31,705 nucleotides of DNA from Pirellulaceae bacterium (GCA_051010855.1 JBPCVB010000751.1:1-31705), one strand, 5' to 3'; positions 8,449 through 17,648 are shown, counted from the first letter of the stretch. Numbers and translations: made by a program. The notes: a model not told the origin generated them from the letters alone.

Positions 8449-9024
8449 TTACGGGCGTAAGTCTGCCAGTCGGACGCTCCAGCCCCACTGGACCGTGGAA
8501 GGATATCTGGCTTCCTCATTGGTGTCCGCAGTCAACAGTAGCCTGCACTGATCGCGGTTCAACGACCACCGGGCATTCGGCGATTCCAACTCCAGTCGTA
8601 ATCCGTTCACAGTGAAGAGAATCCTGTCGTCGGTTACATCAAAATCGCAATTCCGGCCAACTCGCCAAAGACAACCAATTGGCATCCACGATGCCATGCG
8701 GCAGGCGTAGTCGCCGCGAATACCGCCGTCATCGATGCATTGAAAAGCAACTGACCAATGACTGCGTCCCGACATGCCGACGCCGAGCAGCGTTTGGCAT
8801 CCGTCGTGAACTTCACGCACCAGCTCCTGAAGGGGGGGGCTTGGTGGTCCCTTGTCATGCGGGCCATCGATCGACTCCAGCAGAGTGAATGATTCGTTGC
8901 CCGTGCTTGCGGCCAGCCGGTGGGCAAACAAATCGCCAAAGGATTCGAACTGCAGTTGCAGTGCCGTTTTCTCGCTCAACGGGCAATGCAATTCAAATTC
9001 GGGCCTGGTGGTCGGTTCGTTCAT
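8449..9024 (-). CDS. Hypothetical protein
   Basis: 191 aa ORF filling the gap between prfB and the AraC gene in the same orientation; PPSPPLQEL and LGVGMSGRSHWS look like conserved motifs, but I recognise no family. Confidence 0.7.
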   Translation of the reverse strand: MNEPTTRPEFELHCPLSEKTALQLQFESFGDLFAHRLAASTGNESFTLLESIDGPHDKGPPSPPLQELVREVHDGCQTLLGVGMSGRSHWSVAFQCIDDGGIRGDYACRMASWMPIGCLWRVGRNCDFDVTDDRILFTVNGLRLELESPNARWSLNRDQCRLLLTADTNEEARYPSTVQWGWSVRLADLRP

Positions 9025-9125
9025 TCAACTTGTTACGATTGTCCAGTAAAGGCAAATCATCTATTTGGGTGAGCGGCTCGGACGGAGCCTCGCCTCCCGT
9101 TCAAGCCGGAGTCGCAGTTGTCGAT

Positions 9126-10230
9126 CTACGCTTCCGCCTTGACACGCCAGCGCAGGTAGGCGTCCAGAAACGGCTGGATTTCGCCGTCGAGGACCTTGCC
9201 AAAATCGCCGATCAGGTGACCGGTGCGCGCGTCCTTGACGCGTTGGTCCGGGTGCAGGAAATAGTTGCGAATTTGCGAACCGAATCCGACGCGGGGCCGG
9301 TTCTGGTATTTGGCCGCTTCTTCTTCCTCGCGTTTGGCTTCTTCCAGTCGTGCCAGCTGGGCTCGAAGCATCTTCCACGCAGTGGCCCGGTTCTTGTGCT
9401 GGCTGCGTTCGCTTTGACACTGCACAGCGATCCCGGAGGGGGCGTGGGTCAAACGGACGGCGCTGTCGGTCTTGTTCACATGCTGCCCACCAGCACCGCT
9501 GGCCCGGTAGGTATCTTCACGAACCTCCGATTTGTCGATCTCGATTTCCACGGCTTCAGAAATTTCCGGAGAGACATCAACGGCGGCAAAGCTGGTTTGG
9601 CGTTTGCCATCCGCGTTGAAAGGGCTGATCCGTACCAGTCGGTGCATACCATCCTCGCCCTTGAGATACCCAAACGCCATCGGTCCGCGAATCACGATGG
9701 TGACACTGTTGATACCAGCCTCATCGTTTTCGTTCTTGTCCATTAAGCCGACGCTGTAATCATTTTTCTGGGCCCACTGGGTGTACATCCGCAGCAGCAT
9801 GTCGGCCCAGTCGTTGGCGTCGGTCCCGCCGTCGCGGGCATTGATCGTCAGGATCGCTCCGCAATCGTCGTGCGGACCGTTCAGCAGCGACTTGAGTTCC
9901 AGGTCTTCCAGCGACGCTTCCAGTTGATTCAGTTCCGTTTCGACTTCCTGTTCGATTTCGGGATCTTCCTCGGCCATTTCCAGTAGCGCATCCAGGTCGT
10001 TGCTGGAATCAATGAGTGTCGAGAGCGGACCGACAATGGCTTTGAGCGACTTCAGTTGCGCAACGATTTCCTGGGCGGATTCCTGGTTGTCCCAGAAACC
10101 GGGAGCCGCCATTTTTTCATTCTCGATAACGCGAATTTGAGCTTCCTTGGCAGCATAGTCAAAGACTGTCCCGCAGCTGCGTAATGCGTTGCCGGATCGA
10201 GTTGGCGCGATCAAGGAATTCGGCGTTCAC
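9126..10230 (-). CDS. prfB: Peptide chain release factor 2, made via programmed +1 frameshift; join(10230..10162,10160..9126), 367 aa
   Basis: GGTDANDW, RLVRISPF (SPF tripeptide) and GAGGQHVNKTDSAVR (GGQ). Frame 0 from GTG at 10230 encodes MNAEFLDRANSIRQRITQLRDSL and meets CTT TGA C; the +1 frame continues DYAAKEAQ. Confidence 0.97.
10158..10164 (-). promoter_or_regulatory. prfB +1 ribosomal frameshift site CTTTGAC
   Basis: The + strand reads GTCAAAG at 10158-10164, i.e. CTT-TGA-C after codon 22 on the minus strand; this is the canonical RF2 autoregulatory site. Confidence 0.95.
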
Positions 10231-10681
10231 GGAAATCGGCTCCTGAAACAAAATGGGCCATGGCCCGGGGACAGTCGACTCGGAAACAATGAGTCCGTTG
10301 CGTAACAAGGATAGAAAAAAACGGCCTGGGGGAAAGGCCTGCACGCTTTGTGACGGTCGACTTCCTCGAATACCGGCCGGTCGATTCCCAAAAATTTGAC
10401 CGGCCTTTTGCCGGCGTTTACAGTGATATCCCACGATCGAGTTAAGTGGACTGCAGGTGGGCTGACAGCGTTTGTACCGGGTATCACGACCGCCAGCAGG
10501 AAACGACGGTGGATAGTGGGCCGGGGAAAGACGACGCCGCTGGCTTCGTATAATATAGATGCGACGGTGGCCCGGCGATTCTCGATGCAACGCCCGCTTG
10601 CCACGTCCGCGGTTGCCGGATTCTGCACGATCCAGCACCACCACGCGCGACAACTGACGTCAGACAGACGGAGAACGGAAA

Positions 10682-11881
10682 ATGGGATCACCCAAGAAAA
10701 AAGAGGATCCAGCCGCCGCCGCGGGAAAGGACGTTTCCACGACCGCCGAGGCGTTAAAGGCACGATTGCTCAAAGCGTCCTCCGACAACGAAGTTGACAA
10801 GTATTTCCGGGCGCTGGTCAAGCTGGAAGGCAGCGACTTGCACATGAAGGTCGGCCAGCCGCCGATTATCCGGATTCACGGTACGCTCAAGCCGCTGAAT
10901 CGCGAGTCGATCGGTGCGGAAGAAATGATCGACCTGTTGCTGCCCATGCTGGATGACCGGACACGGAAGATTTTTCATGAGACCGGCGGTGCCGACTTTG
11001 CCTATGTTGTCGATGTGGATGGCGAGAGTTGGCGTTTTCGTGTGAACATGCTGCAGCAGCTGGGCCGGCTCGGTCTGGTCGCGCGACGCGTCAACAACTT
11101 CATTCCCAACTTTGAAGGCCTGCACCTGCCGCCGGTGATCGAGACGCTGTGTCACCACGATCAGGGTATGGTGTTGCTGGCCGGAGTCACCGGTTCCGGC
11201 AAGAGTACCACGATCGCCTCGATGTTGAACTACATCAACCGGCACTACGTGAAACACATCCTGACGCTGGAAGATCCCATCGAGTTTGTATTTCGTGATG
11301 AAAAATGCCTGATTAACCAGCGGGAAGTCGGCATGGATGTGGTCGATTTCAGTATCGGCATGAAGCATGCGGTGCGTGAAGACCCGGATATTATTCTGGT
11401 CGGCGAGATGCGTGACGAAGAAACATTTATGACAGCTATTCACGCCGCCGAGACCGGTCACCTGGTGTTTGGCACGATTCACGCGTCAACTGGTCCGTCG
11501 ACAATCGGCCGGATTCTGGATTTGTTTCCCGAGGAAATGCACTCGGCGATTCGCAGCGCGATTGCCATGAATATGAAAGCGATCGTTGCCCAGAAATTGC
11601 TGCCGAGTATCAGGGAAGGCGTGGGCCGCGTGCCCACCGCCGAGATTATGACGTTCAATCCGACCGTGCGCAAGCTGGTGCTTGAAGAACAGGATCACAA
11701 ACTGGGCGATGCCATTCGCATCGGCGTGGAAGAAGGGATGCAGGATTCCACGATGAGCCTTAAACAGCTCGTCGATGACGAGTTGATTGACCGTCCCACC
11801 GCATTCCAGGTTGCCCCGAACCGGGATGCCCTGAAGATGGCCCTCAAGGGAATTAATGTTTCGCAGCCTGGAATTCTCTAG
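10682..11881 (+). CDS. pilT: PilT/PilU-family type IV pilus retraction-type ATPase
   Basis: 399 aa; Walker A GVTGSGKST, Asp box TLEDPIEF, Walker B REDPDIILVGEMRD, His box AAETGHLVFGTIH; GMQDST near the C-terminus; SD GGAG upstream. Confidence 0.93.
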   Translation: MGSPKKKEDPAAAAGKDVSTTAEALKARLLKASSDNEVDKYFRALVKLEGSDLHMKVGQPPIIRIHGTLKPLNRESIGAEEMIDLLLPMLDDRTRKIFHETGGADFAYVVDVDGESWRFRVNMLQQLGRLGLVARRVNNFIPNFEGLHLPPVIETLCHHDQGMVLLAGVTGSGKSTTIASMLNYINRHYVKHILTLEDPIEFVFRDEKCLINQREVGMDVVDFSIGMKHAVREDPDIILVGEMRDEETFMTAIHAAETGHLVFGTIHASTGPSTIGRILDLFPEEMHSAIRSAIAMNMKAIVAQKLLPSIREGVGRVPTAEIMTFNPTVRKLVLEEQDHKLGDAIRIGVEEGMQDSTMSLKQLVDDELIDRPTAFQVAPNRDALKMALKGINVSQPGIL

Positions 11882-11949
11882 GCTCTGCCCCGTAATTTGG
11901 GAGCCTCGACCTCCCGGAAAATGAATTAAAGTTCAGAGCCTTAAACAAT

Positions 11950-13728
11950 ATGACCTCACGCCTGGCCGCGCTTGCCACGTTCGTTGCCTGCTTTGTGTTT
12001 GTGGCGGGCCTTGCTGCTCCGCTGTTCGCGCAGTCGGATTGGCCACCCTATCCGTCGGCCGGTGGTGAACACGACATCGTGCGTGGCGCCGGAGGTTACT
12101 TTAGCTGGATCAAGCTGCTGCTGATCGTGGTGATCTTTCTTGCCTGGGTTAAGGCAGCCGACTGGATCAACCGCGACGCCGTTCGGTTTTCCGAACACAC
12201 TGGCATGTCGGCAGACGTCTTCAATCCCATTATTGTGTTCAGTTTTGTGGCTGGATTCCTCGCCGTGCTGTGCATACCGATTTTTATCGCCGGCTACGCG
12301 GTTTATCTGGCAGGAGCCCTGTTGCCTCCGGGGATCTATGCGTTGCAACGACGCGGCAGAATTCCCGAGGAAGCCAAAACCGGAAAGCTGTTTGCCGAGG
12401 ACGTCGGAGCCAGTACCGTGCCTGTCACCATCAAGGCGGCCGGGCGGACCGGTGACGAGTCACAATCCAATTTGATCCGCGCGCGGCAATCGCCCGTGTT
12501 CGACTTTACCAGCCAGATGTTGCTGGACGCAATCAACAGTCGCACCGATCAGATTTTGCTGGATTACACTCGCGACACGGTTGCAGTGCGCAATCAGGTC
12601 GACGGAATCTGGCACCAGATGCCTGTGCTGGATCGGGAGTCCGGTGACGGCGTACTGTGGGTGCTGAAAACCCTTTCAAATCTCAATCCCGCTGAACGCC
12701 GTCAACAACAGCGTGGCCAGATCGACACCAAGGCGGGTCGCGAGAAAGTCCAGTTTGACATCACAACCCAGGGTGTCCCGACAGGTGAGCGTGTGCTGAT
12801 CAAATTGCTGCGGGAAACCAAGCTGACGCTGGACCTGGAAAAACTTGGCATGGCTACCGAAATGCTGGAATCTCTCAAGTCAAAACTCGATAGCAGTGGT
12901 CTTGTGATCATTTCGGCGCCACCCGGACAGGGACTGTCGGCCTCCTGGGGCGCTGCGCTCAATGAAGCCGACCGCTTCACTCGGGACTTTGTCGGTGTTG
13001 TCGAGCTGGATGACCGCGAAACCGAACGCGAGAACATCCATGTGGAACGACTGGATATCCGTGGTGGCAACAGTCCTTCCAGCATCCTGAAGACAATGAT
13101 CCTCAAGCAACCCAACGCCTTCGTTATGCCCAATCTGGCCGACAAGGAAACGACCGACATGCTGACAAGCCAGGTAGTTGACGATCAAAGGACCCTGATT
13201 ACCCAGGTCCAGGCATCATCTGCGCCCGAAGCGATGTTGCGGGTTTTTGCCATGGCAGGCGATCGCGGGCAGTTGGCCAAAGCCGTCACGGCCGTTACCT
13301 GCCAGCGACTGGTACGGCGGTTGTGCGACAAGTGCAAACAGCCGGTGCAGGTGAATCCCCAGGCGATCCAGCAAATAGGAGGTGACCCCGAGGTGCACAC
13401 CGTGATTTATCGCGATTACCAGTTGCCGCCAATGGAACAGCGCGTGGACGAACAGGGCAAACCTGTGCACATGGAACCCTGCAAGGCCTGTGCAGGCATC
13501 GGATTTCGTGGTCGCACGGCCATTTATGAATTACTGTTGGTAGATGATCCCATTCGTCAGGCGCTGGTCAAATCACCTAAACTGGAGACGATTACTCAAG
13601 TGGCGCAACAAAGCGGCAACTTAACATTGATGCAACAAGGCTATCGCGCTGTGCTGGAAGGACGCACGTCGTTGGCTGAAGTTCAGCGCGTTCTCCAACC
13701 TCAACAACAAGGCCAGGCAAAAAGGTAA
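11950..13728 (+). CDS. GspE/PilB-like protein, membrane-anchored, degenerate ATPase motifs
   Basis: 592 aa; signal-peptide-like N-terminus plus about three TM segments; N2D-like VAVRNQVDG; CQRLVRRLCDKC...CKAC.G.GFRGRTAIYELL tetracysteine region; Walker A reads SAPPGQGLS (no Lys) and Walker B KQPNAFVMPNLAD. Confidence 0.85.
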   Translation: MTSRLAALATFVACFVFVAGLAAPLFAQSDWPPYPSAGGEHDIVRGAGGYFSWIKLLLIVVIFLAWVKAADWINRDAVRFSEHTGMSADVFNPIIVFSFVAGFLAVLCIPIFIAGYAVYLAGALLPPGIYALQRRGRIPEEAKTGKLFAEDVGASTVPVTIKAAGRTGDESQSNLIRARQSPVFDFTSQMLLDAINSRTDQILLDYTRDTVAVRNQVDGIWHQMPVLDRESGDGVLWVLKTLSNLNPAERRQQQRGQIDTKAGREKVQFDITTQGVPTGERVLIKLLRETKLTLDLEKLGMATEMLESLKSKLDSSGLVIISAPPGQGLSASWGAALNEADRFTRDFVGVVELDDRETERENIHVERLDIRGGNSPSSILKTMILKQPNAFVMPNLADKETTDMLTSQVVDDQRTLITQVQASSAPEAMLRVFAMAGDRGQLAKAVTAVTCQRLVRRLCDKCKQPVQVNPQAIQQIGGDPEVHTVIYRDYQLPPMEQRVDEQGKPVHMEPCKACAGIGFRGRTAIYELLLVDDPIRQALVKSPKLETITQVAQQSGNLTLMQQGYRAVLEGRTSLAEVQRVLQPQQQGQAKR

Positions 13729-13740
13729 ATCGGCACCGAA

Positions 13741-15075
13741 ATGTCAGAAGGCGAAGAACTCAATCCTGTTCCCATTGATCAACTGCCGCCGATCAAGTTC
13801 GCGGCCGCGGGCGACACGGCCGATTTGCGCGAGGCCAATCTGCAAGCCGTGCAGCCTTCGCCCGGTTACAGCTATCTCGTCGTCATGGTGGCCGACGCCA
13901 TTACCAAGCGGGCTGATCTGGTCCTGATGGACTTTACATCCAACGCCGTCGGCGTGCGTTATCAGGTGGACGGCTTGTGGCACAACATGCCCACGATGCC
14001 GAGAACCTCCGGTGACTACATGCTGGCTTCGCTGAAGCAACTCGCCGGGCTGGATTATCGCGAGCGACGGGCCCGTCAGATTGGCAAGTTTCAGGCCGAG
14101 TACCTGAAGAAGAAACACAAGTGCCGGGTGACCAGCCAGGGCGTCAGTTCCGGAGAACGTGTCGCGCTGGTCGTAGATCGTGAAAAGCCGCCGCTGGAAA
14201 ACGTGGAGGACATTGGCATGCGGCCCGGCATGCAATCCCAACTGGTCAAGCTGATGAATGAACCGGCCGGTCTGATCATGTTCAGCGGATTGCCTGGCGA
14301 CGGATTGTCCACGACCTGGCGCGCTGCCTTGCAGTCCACCGACCGATTCATGCGTGACTTTTTTGTTGTCGAGGAGCAATCCAGACAGGAACCCGAGATC
14401 ATCAACGTCACTCGCGAAACCTACGACTCATCGACAGGTGATACGGTCCACAGTGTGATGAGGTCATTGATGCTGCGTGAACCCAACGTCGTGGCCTTCA
14501 CCGAAATGGCAGACGGATCATCGCTGGATGAACTGAGCAAGTTATCCAACAAACACGAACTGACGACGTTTTGTCGCCTGCCGGCGCGTCACGCCGTGGA
14601 AGCCGTCATGCGGGGACTCATGCTAAAACCGAATGTTCCGGAATTCGCCAGGGCCCTGCGGGCCGTTACGGGACAACGATTGCTCCGCCTGTTGTGCCAG
14701 ACTTGCCGGCAAGCTTACCAGCCCAATCCCAACTTGATCGCCCAGCTGGGACTGCCTCCAGCACGAGTTCCCGTCCTGTATCGACATTTTCAGCCAGCGC
14801 CCGAGCAGGTGATGGACGCCCAGGGGCGGCCGATTGAAATTGAACCGTGCGAAAACTGTGGTGGCCCCGGCTATTTCGAGCGGACCGGAATCTTCGAGTT
14901 GTTGCTGGTCGATGATCGCTTCCGCGCAGCCATGCAGGATCCCGAGCCGAACGTGCAGAAACTGGCGGCCGCAGCGCAGCAATCCGGGCATATTACCTTG
15001 CGTGAGGAAGGCATCGTGCTGGTGGCTCGCGGTGACACGTCGCTGGAAGAGTTGCAACGAGTGCTCAAGAAATAA
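13741..15075 (+). CDS. GspE/PilB-like protein, soluble paralog, degenerate ATPase motifs
   Basis: 444 aa; aligns by eye with the cytoplasmic part of the upstream gene (VGVRYQVDGLWH); GQRLLRLLCQTC...CENC.G.GYFERTGIFELL; Walker A SGLPGDGLS, Walker B REPNVVAFTEMAD. Confidence 0.85.
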   Translation: MSEGEELNPVPIDQLPPIKFAAAGDTADLREANLQAVQPSPGYSYLVVMVADAITKRADLVLMDFTSNAVGVRYQVDGLWHNMPTMPRTSGDYMLASLKQLAGLDYRERRARQIGKFQAEYLKKKHKCRVTSQGVSSGERVALVVDREKPPLENVEDIGMRPGMQSQLVKLMNEPAGLIMFSGLPGDGLSTTWRAALQSTDRFMRDFFVVEEQSRQEPEIINVTRETYDSSTGDTVHSVMRSLMLREPNVVAFTEMADGSSLDELSKLSNKHELTTFCRLPARHAVEAVMRGLMLKPNVPEFARALRAVTGQRLLRLLCQTCRQAYQPNPNLIAQLGLPPARVPVLYRHFQPAPEQVMDAQGRPIEIEPCENCGGPGYFERTGIFELLLVDDRFRAAMQDPEPNVQKLAAAAQQSGHITLREEGIVLVARGDTSLEELQRVLKK

Positions 15076-15118
15076 AACGTAATCCCATACAACCGATTGT
15101 TAACGTGAACGACCTGGC

Positions 15119-15763
15119 ATGACCACTGCGCTGTGCATTCTGACCCTGATTGCGATACCCGCTGCCATGTGGTTTCTGGGTTTGTGGAACAATGTGATCA
15201 CGTTCGTAAATGTCGTGCTGGCCGCCATTATCGCGACCAATTTTTTTGAGCCCATGGCTGATCGACTGGACGGTGGCGCCAGCAGCTACACGTACCTGCT
15301 GGATTTTGTCTGTTTGTGGCTGCTGTTCTTCTTCTCGTTTGTGGTCTTGCGAACACTTACAGATTTTCTCAGTAAGTATCGCCTGCAATTCAACGTGTGG
15401 CTGGACATGGCCGGTCGGACCGTGTTTTCATTTGCCACCGCCTGGGTGTTCATCTGCTTTATGGTGTTTACGTTGCACACAGCTCCCTTGCCCGTGGATT
15501 CGTTCCAGGAATTCCCGGATTCCACCAATTTTGCGGGCAGTCCCGACCGGCTGTGGCTGGGATTTATGCAAAGTCGTTCGCGTGGCGGCATGGCAGCGGC
15601 CCTCAACAGTCCCTTGATGCCGGAATACAATACGGGCGAGCTGCATTCGGATGATCAGGATCTGGAATGCCGCGTGTTTGATTCCCGCAGCGACTATATC
15701 TACAAATACCACGAACGACGGGCCAGGCTTTCCGAACAGGAGTCATTGCGTGTTAACCGTTAA
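15119..15763 (+). CDS. CvpA-like membrane protein
   Basis: 214 aa; about four N-terminal TM helices with GLWNNVITFVNVVLAAIIATNFFEPMAD and FFFSFVVLR..D..AGRTVF, the CvpA-like pattern; polar C-terminal tail. Confidence 0.65.
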   Translation: MTTALCILTLIAIPAAMWFLGLWNNVITFVNVVLAAIIATNFFEPMADRLDGGASSYTYLLDFVCLWLLFFFSFVVLRTLTDFLSKYRLQFNVWLDMAGRTVFSFATAWVFICFMVFTLHTAPLPVDSFQEFPDSTNFAGSPDRLWLGFMQSRSRGGMAAALNSPLMPEYNTGELHSDDQDLECRVFDSRSDYIYKYHERRARLSEQESLRVNR

Positions 15764-15814
15764 CGAAGCGCTCGGCAGTCACGCCCGGTCTTCTTTCAGG
15801 ATTACAACAAGACC

Positions 15815-16642
15815 GTGAACAACGCTCTCGAAATAGAACTGCCTGACAGGGAAGAGATCGAATATCGGCCATTCAACCCACTGGCCATGCTCGCCCTGGT
15901 ACTGGCGCTGATCGGTGGTCTGACGGTTGCCACATTGTTTTTGTTGCCGATCAACATTTTGGCAGCCGTGCTGGCAATTCGGGTGATTCGCGGGTCTGGC
16001 AACGACGGTCGTTTCAGTGGTGGAGGCGTGGCGGTCCTGGCCCTCTTTTTGGCCATCGTTACAGGGGTCATGGCATTGACCTACAACTTTGGTCGCGACT
16101 GGTACATCAAGAGCACTGCCCGGCGATATTCGATGATTGTGATGCAGGAACTGGCCAACGGGCGTCCCGAATACGCGCTTTCCTATGGCGTGGATTACAA
16201 CCATCGCATGCTTCCGGGTTCCGATCTGAAAAAGTACTACGAGGGTGTGGACGCAAAGATGGGTGAGCCAATGGAGCCCTGGCGGCACCTGCAAACCTGG
16301 CTGGGCAAGAACCCGACCCGGCAACTTTACGGCGACGGGATGCGTGGCAAGCTGGAATTCCTGGGCTACGGCGAACACAAACGGGGTCCGGATTGGGAAC
16401 ACGTGAACGTGAGATACCGCTACACTCCGGATTCACCCGATTTTGAGCTGGTCGAGTTTCGGATTGAGATGCTGCGTCGCGATTGGGGCAGACCCTACGA
16501 TTGGCAATGGCGTTTTCGTGATTTCTGGGTGGAAAAGGGACCCAAACAGGGCGTAATTACCATTGGCCGACCACCGGGTGACAAGGGTACCCCCACTGGG
16601 CCACCTCGTGGCCCGCAAAAAAGGCCCGGCCCGCAAAAGTGA
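15815..16642 (+). CDS. Hypothetical membrane protein (DUF4190-like N-terminus)
   Basis: 275 aa; YRPFNPLAMLALVLAL...G.GVAVLALFLA hydrophobic hairpin pattern, then a soluble domain and a Pro/Gly/Lys tail; GTG start. Confidence 0.7.
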   Translation: MNNALEIELPDREEIEYRPFNPLAMLALVLALIGGLTVATLFLLPINILAAVLAIRVIRGSGNDGRFSGGGVAVLALFLAIVTGVMALTYNFGRDWYIKSTARRYSMIVMQELANGRPEYALSYGVDYNHRMLPGSDLKKYYEGVDAKMGEPMEPWRHLQTWLGKNPTRQLYGDGMRGKLEFLGYGEHKRGPDWEHVNVRYRYTPDSPDFELVEFRIEMLRRDWGRPYDWQWRFRDFWVEKGPKQGVITIGRPPGDKGTPTGPPRGPQKRPGPQK

Positions 16643-16679
16643 TTGGTGAATTGCCGGGATCCCTGTTCCTGCCGCGTGC

Positions 16680-16711
16680 AAAAAAAAGGCAGGCCAATGC
16701 GGCCCGCCTTT
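16680..16711 (-). terminator. Intrinsic terminator for the 16747..17472 gene, possibly bidirectional
   Basis: Minus strand AAAGGCGGGCC-GCATT-GGCCTGCC followed by eight T; stem with one G-U pair, 35 nt after the stop and between convergent genes. Confidence 0.8.
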
Positions 16712-16746
16712 CCGGTAAGTCGTAAACAGCGAAAGCAAAACAGGGT

Positions 16747-17472
16747 TTATTGATCGCCCTCGTCGTCGGCGTTTTGGTCGTCGTCGGATTTGTCGCCGTC
16801 GGATTTTTCGTCAGCTGCGTCTTCGTCCGATGTTTCACCGGTCGCGGGTTCTTGTTGCTCGCCGGTTTCCTCGGTCGACGATTCTTCTTCCGATGACTCC
16901 TTGTCGCCACCGGCTTCCTCGTCATCGTCCCCGTCGTTGTTTCGCGGAGGTGTGGGAGGTCGCGCCCCTGCGCCGCCACCGATGTTCAGATTCGGTGGAT
17001 TCATATTCATGACAATGGTTTCTTTTTCCTTGGGGAAGTTCTCTTCCACATCCAGCGGCATGTCGGCAGCTGCGGACAGGTAGAACAGTTTCCCTTTCAG
17101 GTCCGGCTTCTTCTCCACGAGTCCGGGTTTCAATTTGGTGAAGACAACGTGGATGTAGTGGCTTTTGAACAGCAATCCACTGGGCCAGCGATAGGTATGA
17201 ACCACGCATTCGTCGTGCAGTGTTTCGTCAATGGCCGCTGGTTCGCGGCCCATCAGCGACTGAATGTCCTCACTGGTCTTTTCACCCGATTTGGAACTGG
17301 CATCAACCGACTTGATCTTTTCCCAGGCCGACTGAAATTGTGGTCGCGCGTAGGCGAATTCAAAAATACAACCTGCTCCTACCACGATGAGGAACAGCAC
17401 CAGAATGATCAGTCGCGCCGACGAACCCTTGCGGGTTTGCTGCTGCTGTTGATCGGTTTGCTCATTTGTCAT
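16747..17472 (-). CDS. Single-pass membrane protein with long acidic disordered C-terminal tail
   Basis: 241 aa; TM RLIILVLFLIVVGAGCIF; last about 65 aa D/E-rich (DGDDDEEAGGDKESSEEESS...DDEGDQ). Confidence 0.75.
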   Translation of the reverse strand: MTNEQTDQQQQQTRKGSSARLIILVLFLIVVGAGCIFEFAYARPQFQSAWEKIKSVDASSKSGEKTSEDIQSLMGREPAAIDETLHDECVVHTYRWPSGLLFKSHYIHVVFTKLKPGLVEKKPDLKGKLFYLSAAADMPLDVEENFPKEKETIVMNMNPPNLNIGGGAGARPPTPPRNNDGDDDEEAGGDKESSEEESSTEETGEQQEPATGETSDEDAADEKSDGDKSDDDQNADDEGDQ

Positions 17473-17648
17473 TACGCGGGCCTCAAATGTCAGAATATCT
17501 GTGAATTATCGATTTTATCCGGGTTGCCGCCTATTCTAATGACGGATCGTGAATCGTGGAGACGGAAACCGTCGATTGCCTGGAATTTTGCCGGAGTTGC
17601 CGCAGCGGTTCGTACCGAGGTTTACCCACGCAGTCAGCCGATCGCGGA

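Noticed and set aside
8826-8850. G8 run resembling the GC-rich hairpin element or a phase-variable tract
   Set aside because: It encodes PPSPPLQ in frame within a plausible conserved motif, and the ORF is intact.
8889-9746. 285-aa plus-strand ORF
   Set aside because: Antisense to prfB, whose motifs are unambiguous.
10158-10164. prfB as a pseudogene or sequencing error
   Set aside because: The break is exactly the canonical CTT-TGA-C programmed frameshift.
10159-10653. 164-aa ORF and 178-aa ORF (10227..10763) upstream of prfB
   Set aside because: Only the last 23 codons of the first are real (RF2 frame 0); the rest is Arg/Pro-rich GC noise overlapping the divergent spacer.
11881-11940. GGCTCTG...CAGAGCC with inner GGGAG/CTCCC after pilT
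   Set aside because: Short stems, large loops and no U-tract; not supportable as a terminator or RNA element.
11950-15075. GspE-like genes as decaying pseudogenes
   Set aside because: Both frames are intact and full length, with conserved Zn cysteines and the same P-loop substitution; this fits selected pseudoenzymes better.
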